A stretch of DNA of 64,000 bases, taken from contig BCKQ01000001.1 of the NCBI GenBank assembly GCA_001600695.1, positions 282,507 to 346,506 on the forward strand, in the 5' to 3' direction. The position numbers were made by a program, and so were the translations under genes. Source of the stretch: Ascoidea asiatica JCM 7603 (lineage: Eukaryota > Fungi > Ascomycota). Of the stretch, positions 22,430 through 34,900 are shown one piece after another (positions within the stretch are counted from its first letter, which is position 1; every line of letters starts with the position of its first letter). A model generated the notes under the pieces. The model saw only the letters and a program-made list of their open reading frames with translations. It was not told where the DNA came from and did not search any database.

Positions 22430-23181
22430 TCAATCAATATTATAATCACCATTAAATTTATTATCATAAAATTCAAATATTTTTTTTTTTTTTTTCTGTT
22501 CTTTAGTAAAACTTTTTTTTTCTTTTTTTTTAAAAATTTATTTAATCATTATTTCTATTCAACTTTAACTTTGACTTAACCTTTAGTTTAACTTTTTTTT
22601 AATAATCTTATAATTATTCTCTTTCATTTTATTTTATAAGTAATAAATTAATAAAAGCAATATTAAAAAGTAGAAATTTTTTCAATCAGTATCAATGAAT
22701 TATAAATTATAAATCTTTAATTATGGGACATTATTTGAATTTTTGTCCCAAATCTGCAAAACTGATTAAAGTTTAATTTAAATGTGTTCCAACGTAGAAA
22801 AATGTAAGTGCATGTATAAAATTTTTACCATGCTTGCGGGTTTTATCACCAGCCTTTAAATGCTCAGCCGTATACGTGGCGTCTGAAACTTTACTCCACA
22901 AAAAATATTTTGATAAAATCAGAAACAATCTACTTGATATGATTTTAATCTTATTTATCGAAAATTATTAATTTAAATGATTCAGTTAAATGATTCATAT
23001 AATTTTTTATTATATAGAAAAACTGGAAAAAGAAAATAAAGCTAATAGAGAAAAAGAAAAATTATGATAAAAATTTATTTTGAAAAAAAAAATGAAAACA
23101 AATTATCATAATTTTTATTTTTTAAAATATTGAAAGAAATATAAAAAATGAATTTTAAACTTAAAGAATTGAAAAGTAAAA

Positions 23182-24855
23182 TTAAGCTAACCAAAACCAG
23201 AGTTTTTCCCACATAGTTTTAGGAACACGTTGTTCATAATGCTTTTCTTCTTCTTCAACAGCTTCTAATCCTGTAAAAACATCAATTTCATCAACTTTTT
23301 TATAAAATTTTAAACTTCTTTGATAACAAAATTTATGTCCTAACCATAATACTAAAAATATTGGAATAGTTATATAAGCTGCAACAAAATCAGATGCATT
23401 CCAATTACTTGGAAAAAATACCGCATATCCATTAACTAATGAAAGAATTGAAACAAAGGCCATGGCAAAATAAGTATTATAAGGTTGAAGTATAGTTTTA
23501 TATGGAACTCTATCCCATAAACCATTAAATTTAACTGCTTTTCTCCATCTAATATATGTTATAGTTATAACAAGCCAATTAATAAAACCAGAAACTGTTG
23601 TAATATTACTTAACCAAGTAAAAACATCACTAGCAGAATTAGAGCAATTAAGATATGCTAACATTGAAACTGCAGCTGTTGCAATTACTGACCAATATGG
23701 AACACCATATCTATTACAATTACCAAAAAATTTTGGTGCATCACCTTGTTTTGCCATTGCAAATAAACAACGAGTAGCTGATAAAAATAATGAATTACCT
23801 GCACTCCAAGCACTAGTTAAAATAACTGCATTAACAATATGATCTAAAGCTGGAATTCCTGCATTTTTAATACCAACAACAAATGGTGAAGCTGCTGCAT
23901 TACTTTGACCAGCATTAATAGCTGCTAATAATCTTTCATCATCAGAAGCAACAATTACACTAATAACAAGAGATCCTAAAATATAAAAACAAAGAACTCT
24001 GTAAATAAATCTAGAAGTTGCTTTCTTAATATTTCTACGAGGATCTTTACTTTCTCCACTACCAGAAATTGCAATTAATTCAGGACTTAAAATAAATGCA
24101 AAACCAGATTTAACAAGAGCCGTAATAAAACCTAAGAATTTACCTGTATTTCCAGGTTTTATATGAGCTTTAAAAGCTCCTGGATGTTGCCAATATCTAA
24201 AACCTAATCTATCATGATTTGGTCCACCACCAAAAAATAAAACAATTCCAAGAATAATTAAACCAATAATTGCAATAACTTTTATTGAACCAAACCAAAA
24301 TTCCAATTCACCATAAATTCCAACTGCAAAACAATTTAATCCAATTATAACAATTGTTAAAATTGTTATCCAAACTGCTATATTTACATCATCTGTCCAA
24401 TATTCAATAATAAAACCACCAGCAGTTGTTTCAGCTGCTACAACAATTGCATAAGTATACCAATAATTCCAACCAGTTGCAAAAGCTAATGAACGATCAA
24501 CATATCTATCAACATAACCAGAAATTGCCATACCTTTTAATGGTAAAAATACAACCATTTCACCTAAATCATTCATAATTGTCCACATAACAAAAGAAAT
24601 TATACAATATGATAAAAATAAACTTGCAGGACCACTATTTGAAAGAGAAGCACCAGAACCAATAAATAAACCAGTTCCTATACAACCAGAAATTGCAATA
24701 ATTTGAACATGTCTTGATTTTAAACCACGATGAACATTATTCTCTTCACTTTCATCAAAGATTACATCATCAACAACTCCAACTTTTGTTGATTTAACTG
24801 ATTCAACACTTTGAATTTTATTACCTTTTTCAATATCACTTATTGAATCACTCAT
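23182..24855 (-). CDS. PUT4: Proline permease (APC/YAT family)
   Basis: First ATG at 24855 (track starts at TTG 24945); GLKSRHVQIIAISGCIGTGLF, GGGPNHDRLGFRYWQHPGAF, FAFILSPEL, PRRNIKKATSRF match Put4. Confidence 0.85.
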   Translation of the reverse strand: MSDSISDIEKGNKIQSVESVKSTKVGVVDDVIFDESEENNVHRGLKSRHVQIIAISGCIGTGLFIGSGASLSNSGPASLFLSYCIISFVMWTIMNDLGEMVVFLPLKGMAISGYVDRYVDRSLAFATGWNYWYTYAIVVAAETTAGGFIIEYWTDDVNIAVWITILTIVIIGLNCFAVGIYGELEFWFGSIKVIAIIGLIILGIVLFFGGGPNHDRLGFRYWQHPGAFKAHIKPGNTGKFLGFITALVKSGFAFILSPELIAISGSGESKDPRRNIKKATSRFIYRVLCFYILGSLVISVIVASDDERLLAAINAGQSNAAASPFVVGIKNAGIPALDHIVNAVILTSAWSAGNSLFLSATRCLFAMAKQGDAPKFFGNCNRYGVPYWSVIATAAVSMLAYLNCSNSASDVFTWLSNITTVSGFINWLVITITYIRWRKAVKFNGLWDRVPYKTILQPYNTYFAMAFVSILSLVNGYAVFFPSNWNASDFVAAYITIPIFLVLWLGHKFCYQRSLKFYKKVDEIDVFTGLEAVEEEEKHYEQRVPKTMWEKLWFWLA

Positions 24856-24976
24856 TTTGAATAATGAAAATAAATTGAGTTTTTTAAATTCACTTTTAGT
24901 TTTACTTTCTTGTGTTTCTTTTTTATCGATAAAACTTATAATCAAAGATTATTTATTGATTTAAAATCTAAAAATT

Positions 24977-26609
24977 GATAAGTACAATAGATAAGAATGT
25001 TTTGATAAGAAAAGAAAATATTAATCAATTTGAAATAAAATAAATTTGAAGGATCTGAGATTATATTTATAATAAAATGATTTTTGAAATAGATTTATTT
25101 TGATTGAATATCTTCATTGTAATTAATTGATATTGAAAAAGTATTCATATAACTTTAACTTTTAGATAAATGTGAAAAAAAAAAAATTTGAATATAAATT
25201 TTTATATTAATATTAAGCTATAAGCTAATTATATTTTTTCAGATAACTTAAATTATGAGTTTCAAATTATCCTTTGGATAGCTAGTATAAAAAAATATTG
25301 ATAATGTTCGAACTTAATTACGATAAACCAAAGATCAATTTTAAAAAATTAAGGGTGGCATTGATAAGAGCATTAGGTAAATACTGATGTAAAGACCATT
25401 ACATATACATTTATAAGTTTAAATAGGTAGATAGTAGTATAAATATTTGAGCTGATAAGAGAAAAAAAGAATTTACTAGAGTATGGTTAGTATTATTAGT
25501 AAATTTGGGATAAGGGGACTTTTTTTTAAAACTTTGTAAAAAAAAACTGATTTAAATTTGGAATTTGAATTAATTGTAATTTAAAAATTGTTTATCAGGA
25601 ATGGCATTATCGTAAATATGCAAAGAAACAAATCATATCAAACCAAATCAAATGGACCTCAATTGATATTTTTGAATTCAATTCCTTTTTTTTGGGATTT
25701 AAACCAGATATGTTGATTTACTATTAAATTATAATATTGATCATGATAGTGATTATGATAGGGATTATGTTAGTGATTAGAGAACGATTGTCAAAATAAA
25801 TAATACTATAATAAAAGACTCAAAGGTTCATTTTTAACATAATAAAGCAAAGTTTTCAATAAAAAACAAGGAGTTGATGTATTCAAAACCATACTGAAAG
25901 CCACAAAATATATCCCAAATTGTTGTAACTTGATAGATAGATCAGCCAAACATGTTCATAATTTTGAAAACTTGTAAAAAAAAAAACAGTTATTTTTCTA
26001 TAAATGAACAAACCAAAGAAAAAAAAGTTTCTTTCGTGTAGTTGATATGTATGTAGCATGAGTTTTGTAGTTGTGAGAAGGATAACATTTGATAATATTT
26101 AGTAGATTAATTTTAGTTAAAGTTTGTTTTTTTAGTGTGTAAATTGTCTTTAATTAGTGTCAAATTGATAAGGTTAAAGCAAGAATCGATTGATAAATGC
26201 AAAAATATCAAACTTGGACAATTGTTTTCAATAGTTTTTAATAGAAGATTTTGAAAACTTTGAAAAAAAAGCCCTGTATTATTTATTAAGTCTATTAACT
26301 CTAATTAAAAGTTAAGAGCTTTAAATAAAATTATGCACTAAATTCAAGATAAAGAAGAGGAAAAAGAAATAATAAATAATATAATTAATTTAGAGCTTAA
26401 GCTAGTAATATACTTAAATAGTTATTAATTTGATTCCTAAAAAGATGTTGAAAGTTGAAGAACTCTCCTAAAATTACCATTACTGAGATTAAAAGTGGAT
26501 GTTGTACAGTATATTTTCTCGATATCTGAAGGGAAATTTTATTGAGTATATATGAATACGATTATTATGGTTCATATCATTTAGTTCGATTATTTAATAG
26601 TAGCTTATC
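24977..26609. promoter_or_regulatory. GATA (NCR, Gln3/Gat1-type) sites upstream of PUT4
   Basis: GATAAG at 24977, 24990, 25004, 25363, 25454, 25509, 26167; CTTATC at 26604; TATAAATA on minus strand at 25064-25071. Confidence 0.65.
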
Positions 26610-27334
26610 GGTTTGAATTTAATGATAATACTTTTTAGGAAATGTATGGCAACTTGGATAATTCAAAAAGAGCCTTAATTTTAAATATTTTATTTATTTT
26701 CATTCAACAATACAATTTCGATATTTCAATTTCGATTATAATTTCAATTTTAATGAAAAATAGATATAATTAAGGGTTTTATGAAATAATTCAATTTACT
26801 TAAACTAAATTAATTAAATTCTTTTTTTTTTTAAGTTCTTTTTTTATTTCACAGCCATGGAATAAAAAGGCAAAATAATTTAATATTTATTTGTAATTTT
26901 AGAATAAAAACAAGTGATTGAGCCTAGAGAAGCCCAATTTATCCATAATGTATCCAAAAATCGAGTAAAATTTTCTTGAACTGATTTAATCTATATTTTA
27001 TTGTTTTATTTACTATTTTCATTTCATTATTCTTTATTTTTTTTATTTATTTTACTTGTTTATTTCACTTGTTTATTTCATTTATTTAATTCCTTTGTTT
27101 ATTTTATTACTTTGTGGATATATGATTCCGGATTAGGAAAGAAAGCCGCGAAATTAGGTCAGTCAAGATAAGAATACTCGGGCAGAAAAGTAATAAAACA
27201 GGACAACAAATACAGGACAAAATTAAAAATGCGGACAATAAAATCCTGTATAGGGCAACCCTTACCTATATTACGGACATCTAGTTAATATATCAGCTTC
27301 AGGACAGCCAGTCCGAACAGGGCTCGATTTGCCA

Positions 27335-27341
27335 TGACTCA
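27335..27341 (+). promoter_or_regulatory. Gcn4 site TGACTCA upstream of PRO3
   Basis: ATGACTCA ~180 bp upstream of an amino-acid biosynthetic gene. Confidence 0.65.
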
Positions 27342-27513
27342 GTCAAATCTTGGGCTCTTTTATCGATTATCGAAACTCGAAGACAATAAATAATAAGAGA
27401 AGTGACAAATTTATTGATTCAATCTAAATAGAAAATGTAATTAACATAATTAATTAATTTAAGATCAGTAGTAGATTCAATTATTGTACTAGTTTGTTTA
27501 TATTCTTTTAATA

Positions 27514-28347
27514 ATGACATTTGAATCTCCAGTTCTTTGTATTTTAGGATGTGGTACAATGGGTACTGCAGTTCTAAATGCAATTTTACAAGCTGAAAAA
27601 TTTAAAGGTTATCCAACAAAATTCTATTGTTGTGTAAATTCTAAGAAATCTTCAGATAATTTAATTGAAAAATATGGTAATAAAATAATATCAACTTATG
27701 GTGATATAGATAATAAAACCTCAGTTAAAAATTCAGATATTGTTATTGTTGGTTGCAAACCATTTTATGCAGAAGAAATTTTAAATAATGTTAAAGAAGA
27801 AATTAAAGATAAATTAATTATATCATTATGTGCAGGAAAGACAATAAATTTTTTTGAAAATTATTCAAAATATGTTTCAAAAGTAATGACTAATACACCT
27901 GCAAAATTTGGTTGTGGAATGGCAGTAATTGCTTCAAATGATTTAGCAAATGAATATTTTGAAGATTTAATTTTTAATTTAATTAAACCTGTTGGTGATG
28001 CAATTAAATTACCTGAGAAATTAATGGATGCTGCAACTTCTTTAGTTGGTTCTGGTCCTGCTTTTTGTTTATTAATGTTAGAATCTTTAATTGAAGGTGG
28101 TGTTCAATTAGGTATTCCATATAATGATGCTAAAAGATGTGCTTCAAAAGTTATGGAAGGAACTGCAAAAATGTTACAAGAAACTAATTTACATCCTGCT
28201 GTTTTAAAATCTCAAGTTTGTACTCCTGGTGGAACCACCATTGGTGGTTTAATGGTAATGGAAGATAAAAATGTAAGAAGTGGAATTGCAAGAGCTGTAG
28301 AAGAAGCTGCTTTAATCTCCAAAAAATTAGGAAACCCCAGTAAATAA
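27514..28347 (+). CDS. PRO3: Delta-1-pyrroline-5-carboxylate reductase
   Basis: ILGCGTMG, KVMTNTPA, MDAATSLVGSGPAF, HPAVLKSQVCTPGGTTIGGL. Confidence 0.97.
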   Translation: MTFESPVLCILGCGTMGTAVLNAILQAEKFKGYPTKFYCCVNSKKSSDNLIEKYGNKIISTYGDIDNKTSVKNSDIVIVGCKPFYAEEILNNVKEEIKDKLIISLCAGKTINFFENYSKYVSKVMTNTPAKFGCGMAVIASNDLANEYFEDLIFNLIKPVGDAIKLPEKLMDAATSLVGSGPAFCLLMLESLIEGGVQLGIPYNDAKRCASKVMEGTAKMLQETNLHPAVLKSQVCTPGGTTIGGLMVMEDKNVRSGIARAVEEAALISKKLGNPSK

Positions 28348-28730
28348 ATAAATAGATAAATAAATAAACATTTAAATAACATTTATTCAATATATCACCA
28401 GTAACATTACTGTAGTCCTTTATTTATTATACAAACTGCAGCTTTTGACCAATCAACGCCCGCTTCTCTCATTTCCTGCTTATCAATCGCTGGTTTCCGG
28501 TATCAAACGCCGGTCGAGAAGATAAGAACAGGCAAAAACAACTCTCAATTTAAAATCTATTAATCTGACTATTGATTATTAGATATTGGATATAAAATAA
28601 AGAATAGAATATAAATACAATTGTCAATTATAACTTATAACTAATTCCTAATTACTTATTGCTAGTTTTAAAAAAGAAGCTATTAATCGCTTCGCTTTGC
28701 TTATAAAAATATAATCAATTCCTAAAAAAA

Positions 28731-30953
28731 ATGTGTTTCTCTTATCATTTTTTAAGAGAACCTTCATTTTCTGAATTAAGTTCAAAAAGAGATTCAAATT
28801 TTGATATTCAAATATATTCTAAAAAATTTTTTACAAATGTAGATTCAAATTCATCAATTGAAAATAATTCATCCAAATCTAATTTAAGTCCTCAACCAAT
28901 TTCACAATCAAAAGATGTTTTCAATGAAAAATTAGTCATCAATGAAACTCACAATGAAATTAAGAAGGAAATTGAAAATGAGAAACTAATTACTCCAATT
29001 GTAAATGAAAAATCAACTTATTATTCTCAAATTGATAATAAAAGTAATGAAGGTAATGAAAATAATGAAAATATCAATACAACTCCTAATTCTTCATTGA
29101 ATACTTCTCGTGGTCTTAAAAATACTATTTATACTTTTTTCACCATTTTAATATTTTTATCTTGCTTTTATACATCATCTATTATTTCAAATTCTTCTCT
29201 TTCTTCTTCAATTGATTTGGATTCTGACTATAAAGAATATAAATCCAATTCAATGCCATGTCATATGTCTCATAAACAAAACTATAATGAAATCTTTGAT
29301 TCAAATCCAGATTCAATTTGTCCAATTTTTGATAAGGCTACTTCAAAAGATTCAGAAATTGATAATTTTATTAAAAACGATATTTTAAATAATGAAAAAT
29401 TTAAATTAAATTCAGTTAAAAAATTAAGTGATTCAATTAAAATTCCAACTGAAATTTTTGATGAAATTTATTTATCAACAAGAACTCCAGAAGAAAAAGA
29501 AAAAATTTTTAAAAATTTTGATAAATTTCATGATTTTTTAAATGAAACATTTCCAACAATTTTCAAAAATAATTTAATTGAAATTAATAAAGTTCATAAT
29601 TATGGTTTAGTTATATATTTAAAAGGTTCAAATTTAGATTTAAAACCATTAATGTTAACTGCTCATATGGATGTTGTACCTGTAGATAAATTAAGTGAAT
29701 CAAATTGGAAATATAATCCATTTTCTGGTTACTTTGATGGTAATTATATTTGGGGTAGAGGTTCTTCAGATTGTAAAAATTTATTAATTGGTTTATTAGA
29801 ATCTTTAGAATTATTAATTAATGATATTAATAATAATAAATTTTCAAATGACAGATCTTTAATTTTTTCTTTTGGTTTTGATGAAGAAAGTTCTGGAAAA
29901 TTAGGTGCAGCTGAATTAAGTAAATTTTTAATTAATAAATTTGGTGAAGATTCAATTTATGCAATTATTGATGAAGGTAATGAAGGTTTATATAAAAAAG
30001 ATAATAGATTTTTTAGTGAAATTGGTACTGGTGAAAAGGGATATATTGATTTATTAATTTCATTAGAAACTAATGGTGGACATTCTTCAATACCACCAGA
30101 TCATACATCAATTGGTATAATTTCTGAATTAATTGATAATATTGAAAATAATAAATATGAACCAATTTTTTCAAATGTTAATCCATTTTTTAAATCATTA
30201 CAATGTTATGCATTATATTCAGAAAAAATTGATACTGGTTTAAAAAAAGATATTCTAAATTCAAATAATAATTTAAATTCAAATAAAAGAGTTATCGAAG
30301 AAATTATAAAAATGGGTAAAAATTATGAATATTTAATTAGAACATCACAAGCTTTTGATATTATTAATGGAGGTGTTAAAAGTAATGCATTACCTGAACA
30401 TGTTGAAGTTCTTTTAAATAATAGAATTTCAATTGAATCTTCAGTTAAAGATATTCAATTAAAAGTTAAAAATTCAATTTTAGAAATTTGTGAAAAATAT
30501 GAATTAGGTTTAATTTTTGATAATAAAGAATATTTATCAATTTCCAATTCAAATTCAAATTTAATTCCAGTTGATTCTACTGGAATGGGAGGAGATGTTA
30601 AAGTTAAAGGGTATTTTAATGTTACAAGTTTAGATGTTTTAGAACCTGCACCAATAACATCATCATCAGATGAAGTTTGGAAAGAATTTACAGGTAATTT
30701 AAGACATTTTTATGAAGATTTAAAATATTCAGAAATTATTAAAAATCCATTAGTTATTTCACCAGGTATTATGACAGGTAATACAGATACAAAATATTAT
30801 TGGAATTTAAGTAAAAATATCTATAGATATCAACCTGCAAAATTAGCAGATGGTGTTTCTAATAATATTCATACTATTAATGAAAAAGTTGATATTGAAA
30901 GTCATTTAAATATCATTGGATTCTACTATGGATATCTTCGTAATATTCTTTGA
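28731..30953 (+). CDS. CPS1: Vacuolar Gly-Xaa carboxypeptidase S (peptidase M20), type II membrane protein
   Basis: TM segment near aa 133-153; PLMLTAHMDVVP, WGRGSSDCK, FGFDEE, GEKGY, GGHSSIPPDHT, GGVKSNALPE, TGNTDTKYYW, HTINE. Confidence 0.92.
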   Translation: MCFSYHFLREPSFSELSSKRDSNFDIQIYSKKFFTNVDSNSSIENNSSKSNLSPQPISQSKDVFNEKLVINETHNEIKKEIENEKLITPIVNEKSTYYSQIDNKSNEGNENNENINTTPNSSLNTSRGLKNTIYTFFTILIFLSCFYTSSIISNSSLSSSIDLDSDYKEYKSNSMPCHMSHKQNYNEIFDSNPDSICPIFDKATSKDSEIDNFIKNDILNNEKFKLNSVKKLSDSIKIPTEIFDEIYLSTRTPEEKEKIFKNFDKFHDFLNETFPTIFKNNLIEINKVHNYGLVIYLKGSNLDLKPLMLTAHMDVVPVDKLSESNWKYNPFSGYFDGNYIWGRGSSDCKNLLIGLLESLELLINDINNNKFSNDRSLIFSFGFDEESSGKLGAAELSKFLINKFGEDSIYAIIDEGNEGLYKKDNRFFSEIGTGEKGYIDLLISLETNGGHSSIPPDHTSIGIISELIDNIENNKYEPIFSNVNPFFKSLQCYALYSEKIDTGLKKDILNSNNNLNSNKRVIEEIIKMGKNYEYLIRTSQAFDIINGGVKSNALPEHVEVLLNNRISIESSVKDIQLKVKNSILEICEKYELGLIFDNKEYLSISNSNSNLIPVDSTGMGGDVKVKGYFNVTSLDVLEPAPITSSSDEVWKEFTGNLRHFYEDLKYSEIIKNPLVISPGIMTGNTDTKYYWNLSKNIYRYQPAKLADGVSNNIHTINEKVDIESHLNIIGFYYGYLRNIL

Positions 30954-31979
30954 AGAATTTGAAAAAAGAAAATATCTATTCAATTTCACCACAATCTCAA
31001 AATAACTCCAATAATTTTTAATTTTTTTTTAACTACAGTAGTAACATTAAACTGTATAAATGAGGACTCTTCATGCTTTTTAACTTCTTTATATAGAGTA
31101 TTTTTTATGAGATTTTAAAACTGAACAATAAAAGTTATTCTCATTGGCAAACTCATTCATTTTCTTTGTAGTTTCTTCCTGACTTTAAGTCATCTATTTC
31201 TGCTTCCTGAGGTTATTTTCAGATACAAAAACCAAATAAGGTTTCACAAAACCCCTAAAAATAGACTCAACGCTTTTGAATGCACATCTGCATTTTAAAA
31301 CATGAACCTGATTATCATTTATAATCCAGCCGTACGGGTCTACCAATTCTGGGGTACTTACCAGTTCCACGGGTCATTACTGAACTTCTTTCCGCCGCGG
31401 TTTTGTTTTTGTTTCCGTAGCTGCGGAGGGTTCTTCTCCATGGCTTTGGCTTTGGCTTTTGCTTTTGCTGCTGAGTTTGTTGGTGTTTTCGAATTCAAAG
31501 GAATATTTACTGAAATTACCTGAAATAAATGAAAATAGCGAAGATAGTGAAAATAATTAAATAACGAAATAAATTGAGAAACTATTTATTATATTATCAA
31601 TTGATATTAGTTTATATTGATTTATATTATTACATCTATCTTAAAAATATATTAGAGTTTATATTCGAATTTGTAATATATTGGAATATTTGTAAAGAAT
31701 TGAATATAATCTAATAATCACTCTTAGAAAACAATGAAATCATAATTTTGTACACCTTTTTTCACCAGTAATTAATTAAGGATTTATCATTAATAATTTA
31801 TTTTTATTCATTTACAAATATACATTCAATTTCAATTCCAAATCCAAATTCAAGTTTAAATAGATTTCAATTATAATATAGATTCAAATAGAAGTATATT
31901 TAGAAATTAGAAACAAATTAGAAAAAAATTAGAAAAAAATTATCAATTAGAAATCATCAATTAGAAATTAGAGATAAAA

Positions 31980-34900
31980 ATGAATATTTTAACCAAATTT
32001 ATTTTTCTTTTTAACTTTTTTACTTTAATTTACTCAAATTCAATTATAGATTTGAATTCAAACATAAATCAAATTCCCAATGAAATATCGAATCAAATTC
32101 CCGATAAAATTCCCAATAAATTAAATTCTCCATCAGAATCATTTTCAACTTTGAATTCCAGATCTAATTTTCAAATAAATACTCAATCTTCTATTCAATT
32201 AAAGTCAAAAATTAATCAATCTCAATCTGAAAATGAAACTTTAACTTCATTCACCAATAATTCAATTGATTTGAATTCAATTCTACTGAAAAGAGATAAT
32301 CTAAATAATAATATTAACTCAACCCCTTCAAATAAAACTTGTGAACTTATAAATAAATTACCATTTGAAGAACGTTGTCCATTTGTTTTACAAAATTGTC
32401 AAAATCAAAATATTGGTTTTATAAATTATTTGAATTTATATTATTGTCAAATTTCAAATAATAATGATAAAAATTCAAATTCAATTATAAGTTTTTTCAA
32501 AAGTCAAAACTTCATAATTTTTTTTTCAATAATCTTATTAGTTATTCTATTTACTTCTTTAGGTTTAACTGCCTCTGATTATTTATGTCCAAATTTAAAT
32601 TCAATATCAAAAATTTTAGGTATGAATGAAAATATCACTGGTTTAACTTTATTAGCTTTAGGTAATGGTTCTCCAGATATTTTTAGTACTTTTACTGCAA
32701 TGAAAATTGGTAGTGGTTCATTAGCAATTGGTGAATTAATTGGGGCTGCTTTATTTATAACTTCTGTTGTTATTGGTTCTTTAGCTATAATTAAACCATT
32801 TACTGTTTATAAAGGTTTATTCCTAAGAGATTTATCCTTTTTTTTAATTACAATTTTATTTGTAGATTTCTATTGCTTGCTAAAAGGTAATTTAACTTTA
32901 AATAATTGTATTCAATTAATTTTTTTGTATTTTATTTATGTTTCAATTATTTTAATATGGCAATATATTTCAAAACAAAGAATTATTAAACAAAATCAAG
33001 AAATTCAATCAAGAAGTTTATATTCTGATAATTCTTTATCTTTTTCAATTAACTCAAATAATTCAAATCATACAAATCTTTCTAATCCTTCCACACCTAA
33101 TAACATTATAAATAATTCCACTAACTTAAACAATTCTCAAAACTCATTAAATTCAACATCTAAAGTTAGTTCGTTTCATTCTTATAGTGATGATCTTGAC
33201 TTGCTTAATGATAATGAAGGAGATAATGAAAGAGATGAAAATGATGATGATGACGACTTATACAATGAAAGATTACCTGACATTGATGACTTAATTTCCT
33301 CAGCAAATGATTCAAATAATTTTTCAAATAATAATAAAAAAAATAATTTTCCAATAAATTTAAATCAAAATCCTTTTTTACCAGATTCAAATTCAAATTC
33401 AAATTCAAATTTACCTCAATTTCAAATTAATAATGATTCTGGTGATTCTGATGATTCTGATTCTAATAATAATATCAATAATAGAAATTCAAATTATGGT
33501 TCAACAGCTCATTCTCATAAATCTTATAAATCACATAATAATTCTTCTAATCAAATAAGATCAATTAAATCATTTTCATTACTTCAAAAAAATAAATCAA
33601 CTTTTTCATTTCATTCAAATAATTCTTATATTACATCAAACACAAATAATAAAATTCCTAATGATAATGATAATAATAATGATTTAGAAAATAATTTATC
33701 CAATATTAATGATTATGATGATAATATGGATGAACAATTAGCTGTTGAATCATCTGCCTTATTAGTAAGACCATCTTTGTTAAATGCTTTAGAATTTAAA
33801 CAAGCTGTAGAAAATCTAAGAAAAAATAATAATTTACCCTTTAATTCTTCTTTCAGTAACAATCATAATTTCACTAATAATCAAAATCAGCATCATCATC
33901 ATCATCATCATAAACCTACTTATAGTCGTAATGTAAGTCAGTATTCTGATTCAGTTGTTAATCAAGAAGCAGTTAATGTTAATCAAGATTCTTCTCTGAG
34001 ACCTTCAAGAACTAATATCTCTCAATCCAACAAAGACATATTCGATAATAATAACAATATCATTAGTTTGAACAATAGCAATAATGGAAGAAGGAAATCC
34101 GTACCAGAAAGTGGCAATAAGTCTCATAAACGATCCTTTCATTCAAGAAATAGTCATATGTCAATAGTTGATTTTAATCCTGTTGATGATATTAGTTTGG
34201 CAACGATAAACAATACTCCAATAGATGCTAATTTATCTCTAAATCCTTCATCTTTGATAAATGACGCTGCACTAGCAAATTTAAACAGATCTAGGAATTT
34301 ATCTAACCTTTCCAATAATCTGCCTAAAGAGTCTCATAGAGATTCTTTACATCTAATAGACCAGAAACATAACTTGACAACTTTAGATAAATCTACCATA
34401 AGACCCAATTCAGAACCTCTCACTAGAAAAGGTCATAGAAGAAGAAAGAGTTATAGTGATTTAATAGTAACCAATAGTCAACCAGCTTACAGAGATGATC
34501 CTACATCATATCATGATGATAGTCCAAATATTTTGATTAATAATAGTCAAAATGACTATAATGATTTTGATACTCAGAATGACTTTGATTTTCAATCAAT
34601 GAAGGATTATAAAATTAATAATGATTTTGAAGTATCAAAAGACTTTAAAATGCCTTTAGATTTTTCAATGGATCAAAATATCGAAGAAGATGATAATAAT
34701 GATAATAATAATGATAATATTAAGAAAGATAGGAATACTGATGGGATAAATGGGGATACATTTGTTTTCAATAGAGATGCCAGTTCTACCTCAAGGGATA
34801 ATGGAAGAGATGCCAGCCCATTATCGCATGCACCTTACGAATCAAATATAAATAATTTTGTGCCTAATCTGGTAATTGAAACTAATACTAATGGCGATTC

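Noticed and set aside
28498-28512. CGG..CCG as a Put3 site (also 27129-27148)
   Set aside because: Spacers are 9 and 14 nt, not the N10 Put3 requires
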